Shown here one piece after another: positions 9,663-18,658 of a DNA stretch of 64,000 bases; within the stretch, counting starts at the first letter, position 1, and each line of letters opens with the position of its first letter. The stretch lies in assembly GCA_031415995.1 (NCBI GenBank), contig JANOSS010000105.1, forward strand, positions 14,089-78,088, given 5' to 3'. A program made the translations under genes and the position numbers. The notes beneath the pieces are model-generated. The model searched no databases. It had not been told where the DNA came from and was given only the letters and a program-made list of their open reading frames with translations. The DNA comes from Caulobacter sp. (GTDB taxonomy: Bacteria > Pseudomonadota > Alphaproteobacteria > Caulobacterales > Caulobacteraceae).

Positions 9663-10285
9663 CCACGCTGCAGGCCCTGCTGGCCTTCAGCCTCGCCGCC
9701 TTCCTGCTGACCATCACGCCGGGCCTGGACACCGCCCTGGTGCTGCGCACCGCCGCCACCGAGGGGCTGCGGCGGGCCTTTGCAGCGGCGCTGGGCATCG
9801 GGATCGGTTGTCTGGTCTGGGGCGTAGCCGCCGCCTGCGGCGCCGGGGCCCTGCTGACCGCGTCCGAACTCGCCTATACCGCCCTGAAATGGGCCGGCGC
9901 GGCCTATCTGGTCTGGGTCGGCAGCAAGATGCTGATCAAGCCCCGCGAAAGGTTCGAGCCCGGCGCTGTGGCCCCCACCGGCGGCGGCACCTTCGCCGCC
10001 CTGCGGCGGGGCCTGCTGACCAACCTGCTCAATCCCAAGGTCGGGGTGTTCTACATCTCGTTCCTGCCGCAGTTCGTGCCGACCGGCGCCAGCCCGGCCA
10101 CCTTCGGCGTGCTGCTGGCGGGTCTGCACGTGGTCATGGGCCTGATCTGGGCAGGACTGCTGATCGCCGCCACCGCGCCCCTGGCCGGCCTACTGCGCGA
10201 GGCCTCGGTGATCCGGTGGTTGGACCGGATCACCGGCGGCGTCTTCATCGCCTTTGGCCTGCGCCTGGCGCTGGAGCGGCGTTAG
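9659..10285 (+). CDS. LysE/RhtB family exporter
   Basis: [32 protein letters not shown]. Confidence 0.9.
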   Translation: MTTLQALLAFSLAAFLLTITPGLDTALVLRTAATEGLRRAFAAALGIGIGCLVWGVAAACGAGALLTASELAYTALKWAGAAYLVWVGSKMLIKPRERFEPGAVAPTGGGTFAALRRGLLTNLLNPKVGVFYISFLPQFVPTGASPATFGVLLAGLHVVMGLIWAGLLIAATAPLAGLLREASVIRWLDRITGGVFIAFGLRLALERR

Positions 10286-10288
10286 GCC

Positions 10289-11995
10289 CTAGCCTTCGGC
10301 CAGAGCCTCGACGCCGCCGCCCTTGGTGGGCGTGACCACGAAGCGCTTGAGCACCCGGGTCGTGTAGGCCAGCTCGACGATGGTCGAGACCGCGATCATC
10401 TCGCTGGTCGCCCTGCCATGCTCCAGGGTCAGCAGCACGAAGCCCTTGGCACCCGGATCGGCGAACTTGACCTCGGTGTTGCGCGCCGCGAAGGCCTGAC
10501 CCAGCGGCACGCCGGGCAGGATGTCGCCATAGCCCGGCGAGGTGATCCCGGTGGTCCCGAACTCGGCGGCCACCCGCTTGGCGCCACCCTGGTCAAACAG
10601 TTCATTGGCCCAGAACGAATGGCTGTCGCCCGACAGCACGATCGGATGGGCCCCGGCGCTCTTGAACAGGTCATAAAGCCGCTCGCGATCGGCGGGATAA
10701 CCGTCCCAGGCGTCGAGATTGTAGGGCAGGCCCAGGGCCGACAGGGCCACGCCCTGCAGGATGCGACCGCGGACGTATTCGGGCAGCTTGGCCAGCATGG
10801 GCTCGAACCTGTCGCCCAGCAGGGTCTTCAGATTGGGACCGGCGACGCGGGCCATGACGATCTGATTGCCCAGCACCTGCCAGGCGCTGCCGGCCTTGAC
10901 CGAGGCGTTGACCTGCCCGGCCAGCCATTGGGCCTGGGCCTGGCCCAGCAGGCGGTGGTCGGGATTTTTCCACTTGGCGGAGAAGGCGGCCACGTCGGGC
11001 TTGCCGTCCACGATCGGCAGGTCGGTGGCGTAGTCCAGCGCCTCGGTCCTGGCGGCCAGGCGCGTTTCGGTCATCAGAAGGGTGGCCACATCGCCAAACT
11101 GGAACCCGCGCCAGCTGGCTTCCGGCAGGGCGCCGGCCGCCGGTTCGCGGATCGGCATCCACTCGTAATAGGCCTTCAGGGCGGCGGCCTTGCGCGCGGC
11201 CCAGTCGCCCTCGCCCTTGTCGGGATCATGGTTCTCGGCCCCGCCCTGCCAGCTGTCATTGGCGGTCTCATGATCGTCCCAGACCACGATCCACGGCGCG
11301 CGCGCATGGGCGGCCTGCAGGAGGGGGTCGGACTTGTAGCGAGCGTGACGGCGGCGATAATCGTCCAGGGTGACGATCTCGTGCATCGGATCGGGCATCC
11401 GCTGGGCCGCGACCGGCGAGTTCATCCCGTAGTCCGTGGGCGCGCCGCCATACTCGTAGATATAGTCGCCCAGGTGCAGCACGGCGTCGACGCGCGGCAG
11501 CTTGGCGATGGCGTCATAGGCGTTGAAATAGCCGTTGGAATAGAGCGAGCACGAGGCCACGGCCAGGACCACATCCTTGGTCGGCCCGGCCGGCAGGGTG
11601 CGAGTGCGGCCCACCGGCGAGGTCACGCCATTGGCGATGAAGCGGTACCAGTAGTCCGTGCCCGGCTTAAGGCCCCGGCCGTCCAGATCATGCTTGAGCG
11701 TCCAGTCGCGGCTGGCCCTGGCGCGCAGGCCTTTGCCGGTGCGGACGATGGTCTTGAAGGCCGGATCCGCCGCCACTTGCAGATCCGCCAGCACATCGCG
11801 GTCGGTCGCGGCCTTGGGGGTGACGCGGGTCCAGAAGATGGCGCTGGTCTGATCAGGATCGCCGCTGGCAACGCCGTGCTCGAACGCCACCGCGCCCGTG
11901 TGGAGGTTCGGCCCCTGGGCAGAAACACCGCTTGCAGCGCCTGCGGCGCCACCCAGGCCGAGAAAGGCGAGAGCCCTGCGACGATCGATCTTCAT
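10289..11995 (-). CDS. phoD: Alkaline phosphatase D, Tat-exported
   Basis: Tat signal MKIDRRRALAFLG; HGVASGDP, HLGDYIYEYG, WDDHETAND, DAWDGYPADR, LSGDSH. Confidence 0.93.
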   Translation of the reverse strand: MKIDRRRALAFLGLGGAAGAASGVSAQGPNLHTGAVAFEHGVASGDPDQTSAIFWTRVTPKAATDRDVLADLQVAADPAFKTIVRTGKGLRARASRDWTLKHDLDGRGLKPGTDYWYRFIANGVTSPVGRTRTLPAGPTKDVVLAVASCSLYSNGYFNAYDAIAKLPRVDAVLHLGDYIYEYGGAPTDYGMNSPVAAQRMPDPMHEIVTLDDYRRRHARYKSDPLLQAAHARAPWIVVWDDHETANDSWQGGAENHDPDKGEGDWAARKAAALKAYYEWMPIREPAAGALPEASWRGFQFGDVATLLMTETRLAARTEALDYATDLPIVDGKPDVAAFSAKWKNPDHRLLGQAQAQWLAGQVNASVKAGSAWQVLGNQIVMARVAGPNLKTLLGDRFEPMLAKLPEYVRGRILQGVALSALGLPYNLDAWDGYPADRERLYDLFKSAGAHPIVLSGDSHSFWANELFDQGGAKRVAAEFGTTGITSPGYGDILPGVPLGQAFAARNTEVKFADPGAKGFVLLTLEHGRATSEMIAVSTIVELAYTTRVLKRFVVTPTKGGGVEALAEG

Positions 11996-12054
11996 GGGAT
12001 TTCTTTCCGGGGTCCACGGCGCCGCTTGGGCGTTTCGTGCGTTAGCGCCACAGC

Positions 12055-12072
12055 ACAACAGGAAGATGACGC
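12055..12072 (-). promoter_or_regulatory. Possible Pho box upstream of phoD
   Basis: Minus strand GCGTCAT-CTTC-CTGTTGT, 11-bp periodicity resembling CTGTCAT-N4-CTGTCAT; second half weak. Confidence 0.35.
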
Positions 12073-12381
12073 ATGTCGAGTGAAGGCCTTCACGTTCCCC
12101 GCGAAAAACTCAGCCGCAAGACCCTAAACCGCCACTACGCCATCACCTCGCTGATCGAGGAGTTCGAGGCGGTGGACTGGTATCGTCAGCGCGCAGATGA
12201 CTGCGACGACGTCGAGCTGAAGAAGATCCTGCTGCATAACGCCCGCGAGGAGCTGGAACACGCCGCCATGGTGCTGGAATGGCTGCGGCGAGACGATCCC
12301 GAGACCGACGAACAGCTGCGCAAGTACCTGTTCAAGGACGGCTCGATCGCCGGCCACGAGGAAGAGGCGGTCGGAAAATAG
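12073..12381 (+). CDS. Encapsulin-associated ferritin-like protein (EncFtn type)
   Basis: AITSLIEEFEAVDWYRQR and HNAREELEHAAMVLEWLRR match the EncFtn ferroxidase signature (EExEAVDWY, ExEH). Confidence 0.85.
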   Translation: MSSEGLHVPREKLSRKTLNRHYAITSLIEEFEAVDWYRQRADDCDDVELKKILLHNAREELEHAAMVLEWLRRDDPETDEQLRKYLFKDGSIAGHEEEAVGK

Positions 12382-12393
12382 GCGCCGAGACTT

Positions 12394-12425
12394 CTGCTCT
12401 GCCCGGCCAAGGCCGGGCAGAGCAG
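12394..12425. terminator. Strong hairpin between convergent genes
   Basis: ctgctctgcccggcc-aa-ggccgggcagagcag, 15-bp perfect inverted repeat. Confidence 0.7.
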
Positions 12426-12435
12426 TTATCATTGC

Positions 12436-14784
12436 CTAACGCTTGATCGACAGCGCCACGCCCACAAAGCGCGGCTCGCCGGCGATGAAGGTGGGGATGC
12501 CGAAGGCGTCGCCGGTGTTGCCGGCGTCCTTGATATAGTCCTGCTCGAGCAGGTTGGTCGCGAACGCCTCGATCTTGATGGCGCTGTCCTTGCTGGGCTG
12601 ATAGCCGATGCGCAGGTTCATCAGGCCATAGGCCTTCTGCTTCTCATCCTGGATCACGTCGCCCGTGGTCTGCAGCGCGGCCCGATCGTTGGCATTGTCG
12701 AAAAACACCTCCGACTGCCACGTATAGGTCGGGGTGATCGTGAAGCGGCCGATCGGCGCGTCGAAGGCCAGGTTGGCGCCCAGCGAGAAGCTGTCGTCCG
12801 GCGACAGACGGAAACGGTTATCCTTGAACAGACCGTTGCCGAAGCGGGCCTTGCTGTGCGCGTAGGTGCCGAACACGGTGGCATTGGCCGTGACCTGGAA
12901 GGTGGTCTGACCTTCAAAACCGGTGGCCGAGGCCTCGCCCGCATTGGTCGAAACGACCTGGCCGGACGGCAGACGGATCGAGGTCTGGAAGTTCTCGTAG
13001 TCATAGCGATAGACCGCGCCCTCCAGGGTCAGGCGACGATCCATGAGGGCGACCTTGGAGCCAATCTCGTAAGAGATGACTTCTTCGGCCGGGATCTCGG
13101 TGAACCGCGCCGCAGCGCCGGGAACGGTGTTGCCGCCCTGAACGACCTTGGGACGACGGCCGGTGGCCACCGAGGCGTAGAGGTTGGCGTCAGGCGTGAC
13201 GGCGTAGCGGCCGACGACGCGGTAGGTGATGCCGTTGTCGGTGAAGCTCTTGTATTGCGGCTGCCCGCCGGTGGTGGGCTGCACGAACAGGCCGCGTGGC
13301 GTGGTCGGCGTGCTGCCGCCCAGGACGGAGCCACCATTGCCCAGGACGACGCCGTAGCCGCTTTCCTTGTCGTCATAGGTGTAGCGCAGGCCGGCGGCCA
13401 GTTCGAGCTTGTCGGTCGCCTTCCAGGTCACATCGCCATAGGCGTCATACGACTTGGTCTTGCCGTAGTTGGTGAAGGTTTCCAGGTGCTGGCTCTTCAG
13501 CGGCCCGAAGGCCGGGATCGCGTTGATGAACGCCAGACCGGCGACATTGGGACGCACAAAGCCCGGGATCGCGCCGGCGCGGGCGGCGAACACCCGCTCG
13601 TTGAACAGCAGCGGCACGCGCTGGCTGCCGTCTTCCCAGAAATAGCTGAGCCCGCCAAAGGCCGTGATCGCGCCATCGGCGTCATAGTTCAGGCGCAGGT
13701 CCTGGCTGGCCGACTTGCCCTGGGCGTCTTCGGCGAAGGTGAACAGCGGCAGGGAGAAGCCGTCGGCGTCGAAAATCTCCTCGCCCGCAAAACGGCGGAA
13801 GGCGGTCGTCGAGGCCAACGAAAGGGCGTCATTGATCTTGTAGTTGGCCAGGCCGGTGACGCTGAACACGTCGCGCTCAAGACCCAGCTTCTGGTCGTTC
13901 TCGAAGCCGGCCACGGTGGCCAGGGCTGCGCCGGAATTGCGATCCAGATTACCCAGCACCGCGCCCGTGGTCGGGTCGGTCGGCAGATAGGTCAGCGACT
14001 TGAACGAGGTGCCCGACGGGCTGTCGGACTGATAGTTGACCAGCAGGTCGGCGTCGAAACGCTCGGTCGGGCGCCAGTTCAGCGCAACGCGCACCGCCGT
14101 GGTCTGGGTGGAGTTGAAGTCTTCGCCGACCAGCAGGTTCTTCACATAGCCGTCGCGGTGCTTGATGCGGCCGCCGACGCGGATCGACAGGGTGTCGGTA
14201 ATCGGAGCGTTGAACATGCCCTCGGCCATCATGTAGCCGAAGTTGCCGCCCTCGAAACGCGCCGAGGCGGCATAGCCCGGACGGGCCTTGGCCTGGATGA
14301 TGTTGACCGCGCCGATCAGCGCGCCGCGACCATAGAGGGTCGATTGCGGGCCCTTGGCCACTTCGACGCGCTCCAGGTCGAACAGCTCGACATAGGAGCC
14401 GCGCGACTTCGAGATCGAGACGCCGTCCTGATAGACCGAAACACGGGGTTCGTTGGTGGCTTCGCCGGAGTCGGAGGTGATGCCGCGCATCACGAAGCCC
14501 GGATTGTTCGGCGACTGGTTCTGGACCTCGAAGCCGGGAACGAACAGCGACAGCTCCTCGAACTCCTGAACGCCCAGCATCTCGAGCGTCGAGCCCGAAT
14601 AGGCGGTCAGCGAGACCGGCACATCCATGGCCTTCTGCTCGCGCTTCTGGGCGGTGACGACAACCTGCTCGACCTGAGCGGCGTCGGTCGGCGCATCGAC
14701 GTCGGCCGCAGCGGCCATGGAGGCGACGCTGAGCGCCAGAACACTGGCGGCAGACATCAGCAAGGTGGTGTGGATCGCGCGCAT
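12436..14784 (-). CDS. TonB-dependent receptor
   Basis: Signal peptide, TonB box EQVVVTAQKRE, plug ERVEVAKGPQSTLYGRGALIG, C-terminal beta strand. Confidence 0.95.
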   Translation of the reverse strand: MRAIHTTLLMSAASVLALSVASMAAAADVDAPTDAAQVEQVVVTAQKREQKAMDVPVSLTAYSGSTLEMLGVQEFEELSLFVPGFEVQNQSPNNPGFVMRGITSDSGEATNEPRVSVYQDGVSISKSRGSYVELFDLERVEVAKGPQSTLYGRGALIGAVNIIQAKARPGYAASARFEGGNFGYMMAEGMFNAPITDTLSIRVGGRIKHRDGYVKNLLVGEDFNSTQTTAVRVALNWRPTERFDADLLVNYQSDSPSGTSFKSLTYLPTDPTTGAVLGNLDRNSGAALATVAGFENDQKLGLERDVFSVTGLANYKINDALSLASTTAFRRFAGEEIFDADGFSLPLFTFAEDAQGKSASQDLRLNYDADGAITAFGGLSYFWEDGSQRVPLLFNERVFAARAGAIPGFVRPNVAGLAFINAIPAFGPLKSQHLETFTNYGKTKSYDAYGDVTWKATDKLELAAGLRYTYDDKESGYGVVLGNGGSVLGGSTPTTPRGLFVQPTTGGQPQYKSFTDNGITYRVVGRYAVTPDANLYASVATGRRPKVVQGGNTVPGAAARFTEIPAEEVISYEIGSKVALMDRRLTLEGAVYRYDYENFQTSIRLPSGQVVSTNAGEASATGFEGQTTFQVTANATVFGTYAHSKARFGNGLFKDNRFRLSPDDSFSLGANLAFDAPIGRFTITPTYTWQSEVFFDNANDRAALQTTGDVIQDEKQKAYGLMNLRIGYQPSKDSAIKIEAFATNLLEQDYIKDAGNTGDAFGIPTFIAGEPRFVGVALSIKR

Positions 14785-14861
14785 CGATTATCCCCTTCGA
14801 CGACAAGCTGGAACTAACGCCCCGGCGGATAGGCACCGCTCGTGTCGGACGCGCGACGAGC

Positions 14862-15905
14862 TTGCGACGGAGCGATGAAACACCCTTGAGCCCGCTGGAC
14901 GACGATACAGACGACATCGAGACCGAGGCACCGGTGCCACAAACCGAGGCCAGGCTTGAGGTTGCGCTGTCGGCGGATGACGCAGGGGAACGCCTGGACA
15001 AGATTCTGGCGACGCGCTTCGAGAACCTGTCGCGCGCTCGGCTGCAGGCCCTGATCGCCGACGGCCGGCTCAGCCTTGAGGGCCGGGCGATGACCGACGG
15101 CTCGCAAAAGGCCCGCCCTGGCCTGTATCAACTGCAGATCCCCGCCCCGATCGCCGCCGAGCCCTCGCCCGAGGACATTCCGCTGAGCGTCCTCTACGAG
15201 GACGCCCACCTGATCGTGGTCGACAAGCCGGCCGGCATGGCCGCCCACCCGGCCCCCGGCAACTATTCCGGCACCCTGGTCCACGCCCTGCTGCACCATT
15301 GCCGGGGCAGCCTGTCGGGCGTCGGCGGGGTCGCGCGGCCCGGCATTGTCCACCGGCTGGACAAGGAAACCTCCGGCGTCATGGTCGCGGCCAAGACCGA
15401 CGCGGCTCACCAGGGCCTGTCGGCGCTGTTTTCCACCCACGACATCGACCGCCTCTACATCGCCCTGACCCGCGGCGCGCCCTATCCGGCCCACGGCACA
15501 ATCCAGACCCAGCTGGGTCGCTCGCCGCACGACCGCAAGAAGATGGCGATCCTCAAGAGCGGCGGCCGCGAAGCCATCACCCACTATCGCGTCGAGGAAG
15601 CCTTTGGTCCGACCGACAAGCCGGCGGCGGCGCGCGTGGCCTGCCGGCTGGAGACCGGCCGCACCCACCAGATCCGCGTCCACCTGGCCAGCAAGGTCGC
15701 GCCCTGCCTTGGCGACCCGGTCTATGGCGGCGGCCCGCCGGCGGCGGGCGTGAAGGCCGTGATCGAGGCGATCGGCTTTCAGCGCCAGGCCCTGCACGCC
15801 GCCGTGCTGGGATTTGTCCATCCGATCACCGGCGAGACCCTGCGCTTCGAAACCGGCCTGCCCGCCGACATGGCGGCGCTGGAGGCCGGCCTCAAGGCGC
15901 TCTGA
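14862..15905 (+). CDS. rluD: RluA/RluD family 23S rRNA pseudouridine synthase (start uncertain)
   Basis: S4 domain RLDKILA, LIVVDKPAGM, GIVHRLDKETSG, LETGRTHQIRVH, QALHA. Confidence 0.92.
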   Translation: MRRSDETPLSPLDDDTDDIETEAPVPQTEARLEVALSADDAGERLDKILATRFENLSRARLQALIADGRLSLEGRAMTDGSQKARPGLYQLQIPAPIAAEPSPEDIPLSVLYEDAHLIVVDKPAGMAAHPAPGNYSGTLVHALLHHCRGSLSGVGGVARPGIVHRLDKETSGVMVAAKTDAAHQGLSALFSTHDIDRLYIALTRGAPYPAHGTIQTQLGRSPHDRKKMAILKSGGREAITHYRVEEAFGPTDKPAAARVACRLETGRTHQIRVHLASKVAPCLGDPVYGGGPPAAGVKAVIEAIGFQRQALHAAVLGFVHPITGETLRFETGLPADMAALEAGLKAL

Positions 15906-15999
15906 GACAACCGTCTCTTGCGGTCGCGTTACAAACGCGCCCTAATTCCGCTGACGGAGCGGCCTACAGCCTACAGACCGCCGCTTTCCGGAAGGCCTG

Positions 16000-16713
16000 A
16001 TGACCTCGATGCGATCCCTGCTCGTTCTGCTGGCCGGCCTCGCCGTAGCCGGACCCGCCCTGGCCCAGATGGTTGCCGGCGAGGACGAAGTCGTCTCGAC
16101 CGCCGCCCACCGGCTCGACGCCAGAACAGCGGCAGAGGCCCAGAACGCGCCCGCCGTCACCGCGCCCCCGCCCCGCATCCTGACCACCGACGAGCAGATC
16201 GCCGAGTTCCTGGCGACCTCCCCGGCTCTCGAAGGCCGCGACGGCCTGGTCGGGCTTGGGCGCAGCGACGAAGAGACCACACGCAAGATCCACGGCTCGG
16301 CCGGCGTCACGGTCGGCACCCGCGGCTATCGCAGCGCCTATGTCTCGACCCTGATCCCGATCGGTGAAACCTCGACCCTGGGCCTGGCCTATTCCCAGAC
16401 CGATCACGGCAACAACGCCGTCTTCCATCCCTATGACGACTACGGCTATGGCGGCCATGACCGGGGCGGCTGGAACGGCGACGGCGTCGGCCTGGGCCGG
16501 CCAGGCTATTGGGGCCGCGGCGGAAAGCAGCAGTCTCTGGCCGTTTCCCTGGCCGTCGGCGGCGATCGCCGCAGCCCACCCGATGGCTGCGCGCCGGCGT
16601 TTCGCGCCGGAGAGCGTTATATAGAGCCGCTTTGGGCAACCCAGATGCGGGGCCAGATGCGGGGCCATATGCGGGGCCAGGCCAGTCCCTGCGCGCCCGA
16701 GGGATCGCGCTGA
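16000..16713 (+). CDS. Secreted hypothetical protein
   Basis: Signal peptide (LLVLLAGLAVAGPALA); IHGSAGVTVGTRGYRSAYVS strands; Gly/Tyr-rich segment. Confidence 0.7.
   Translation: MTSMRSLLVLLAGLAVAGPALAQMVAGEDEVVSTAAHRLDARTAAEAQNAPAVTAPPPRILTTDEQIAEFLATSPALEGRDGLVGLGRSDEETTRKIHGSAGVTVGTRGYRSAYVSTLIPIGETSTLGLAYSQTDHGNNAVFHPYDDYGYGGHDRGGWNGDGVGLGRPGYWGRGGKQQSLAVSLAVGGDRRSPPDGCAPAFRAGERYIEPLWATQMRGQMRGHMRGQASPCAPEGSR
16642..16677 (+). repeat. 12-bp tandem repeat x3 encoding (Q/H)MRG
   Basis: cagatgcggggc cagatgcggggc catatgcggggc. Confidence 0.9.
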
Positions 16714-16826
16714 GCCGTTCACCCCGCCCAGGCTCACCGAAACCATTGTCTTGTGAACGCCCGTCGTTCGCGGAAGCTTAACAGCTTAGCGCCATGGTTC
16801 CCTATCGGGATCTATCAGGCGTTCGC

Positions 16827-17672
16827 ATGCAGCCGGAAATCATCGCCCATCATCACCCCGCCACGGGGAGGGTGACCTATCTTGTCGTAGATCCAGCCAC
16901 ATTGCTGTGCGCGATCGTCGATCCCGTTCTGGATTTCGATCCAGAGACGCAGGCCACCGACACCCGTTTTGTCGATGGGATCATCGCGGAAATCCGCGCC
17001 CGCGACATGGGTCCGACCTGGATCCTGGAAACCGGCCTGCACGCCACCCACCTGTCGGCGGCCGGCCATCTGAAATATGAAACCGGCGCCTCGATCTGTA
17101 TCGGAGCCGGGGTAATCGACAGCCTCAAGCGTCTGGTGCCGGCCATGGGCGAGGACGGCGTCGACCTCGAAGGCTGGGACTTCGACAAACTGGCTCAGGA
17201 CGGCGAAGTCATGCCGATGGGCGGGCTGGAAATCACCGCCCACACCGTCACCGGTCGCCTGCCCGGCGCCGTGGCCTATCAGATCGGCGACGTGGTCTTC
17301 ACCGGCGACGCCGTGCTGGCTCCGGACCTGGGCTCGGGCCGCTGCGACCTGCCCGGTGCCGACGCCGAGGGTCTGTATGCATCCGCCCGCCGGTTTCTCT
17401 CGCTGCCAGACGACACTCGCCTCCTGGCGGGCTGGGAAGACGCCGCCGGTCGGGCCGCAACCACCGTGGCCCAGCAGCGGGCCGACAATGTCCAGCTCCA
17501 GGACGGCATCGACATGGCCGCCTTCACGGCCCTGCGCGGCGCCGCCGACGCGGCCCTGGCGCCGGCCCCCTATCCCGCCCAGGCCCTGCGCGTGGCGATC
17601 CGCTCCGGCAAGTTGCCGCCAGAGGGCGAAGACGGCCGTCGTTTCCCGCCGACCGATATCAGTTCCTTTTAG
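16827..17672 (+). CDS. MBL-fold persulfide dioxygenase (ETHE1/Blh-like) homolog with degenerate metal site
   Basis: CAIVDPVLDFD, WILET, FTGD, GRCDLPG and LSLPDDTRL fit the PDO family; HxHxDH reads GLHATH and TPGH reads VTGR. Confidence 0.8.
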   Translation: MQPEIIAHHHPATGRVTYLVVDPATLLCAIVDPVLDFDPETQATDTRFVDGIIAEIRARDMGPTWILETGLHATHLSAAGHLKYETGASICIGAGVIDSLKRLVPAMGEDGVDLEGWDFDKLAQDGEVMPMGGLEITAHTVTGRLPGAVAYQIGDVVFTGDAVLAPDLGSGRCDLPGADAEGLYASARRFLSLPDDTRLLAGWEDAAGRAATTVAQQRADNVQLQDGIDMAAFTALRGAADAALAPAPYPAQALRVAIRSGKLPPEGEDGRRFPPTDISSF

Positions 17673-17703
17673 AAACGGACTTGCATTCAGCCCTGATCGG
17701 TAG

Positions 17704-17731
17704 CCATATGTTTCGCACACGAAACATATGG
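17704..17731. promoter_or_regulatory. 12-bp perfect inverted repeat, probable operator of the thioesterase gene
   Basis: ccatatgtttcg-caca-cgaaacatatgg, 17 bp downstream of TTGCAT (17681-17686) and just before the RBS. Confidence 0.7.
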
Positions 17732-17739
17732 AGCCCCTG

Positions 17740-18159
17740 ATGGCCGAGGATTTTAGCGCGACCCTGACCCAGGCCCAGGCCGGCCATCTGCCCGATCTGC
17801 TGGGCCTGGAATGGCTGGAAGCACGCAGCGGTTTTGTTAAGGGCCGCTTCACCGTGGCCAAGCATCACATGGCCCCCAACGGCTTCCTGCACGCCGCCAG
17901 CGTCATCGCCCTGGCCGACAGCGCCTGCGGCTATGGTTGTGTGGTGTCGCTGCCTGACGGAGCCAACGGTTTCACGACGATTGAACTGAAATCCAACTTC
18001 CTGGGCACGGTTCGCGAAGGCGGTGTTCTTTGCCAAGCCCGCCTGGCTCATGGCGGTCGCCAGACCCAGGTCTGGGACGCGGTCGTGACCGCTGAAGCGA
18101 CGGGCAAGACCATCGCGCTTTTCCGCTGCACCCAGATGGTTTTGCATCCCAGGACGTGA
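17740..18159 (+). CDS. PaaI family hotdog-fold thioesterase
   Basis: PNGFLHAASVIALADSACG, FTTIELKSNFLG, GGRQTQVWDA; GGAG RBS before ATG 17740. Confidence 0.9.
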   Translation: MAEDFSATLTQAQAGHLPDLLGLEWLEARSGFVKGRFTVAKHHMAPNGFLHAASVIALADSACGYGCVVSLPDGANGFTTIELKSNFLGTVREGGVLCQARLAHGGRQTQVWDAVVTAEATGKTIALFRCTQMVLHPRT

Positions 18160-18264
18160 CCGCGAGAGAAAGCCGTGACAGGGACTTGCGTTCCCGCGAC
18201 GACACCGCTAGGTATCGCGCCCTCGACCTCAGGCCCTTTAAAAAGGGGCTCACGAACGGCGCCT

Positions 18265-18354
<90 letters not shown>

Positions 18355-18580
18355 CTACCCTGTGAATTTCCGGAACTTTTCGCCACCGCCGCCCACCAAA
18401 ACACACTATCTCGATTGGCGATTGCGATTGCGTACGCAGGCTGTTGGCGGGCGCCTGGGGGCCCTGCGGGATTTCCTGGGCGCCATGCCGCGCGGTAGGG
18501 ATCCGGGCGTCAATGCTTGCGGATTGGTTGGTTCCAGCCCCCGTCGGGGACCGGAACCTTGGGAAGCCCCGCAACAGGGA

Positions 18581-18592
18581 TGGTCTATACCA
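18581..18592. promoter_or_regulatory. PhnR/PhnF-type operator, site 1
   Basis: TGGTCTATACCA, identical to site 4; lies downstream of the phnR stop. Confidence 0.7.
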
Positions 18593-18658
18593 AAATAGGG
18601 ACATTTCGACGCCTGCGCAGCGCGCTCAAGGAAAGCGCCCGTACGTGTCCGGCGAAGG

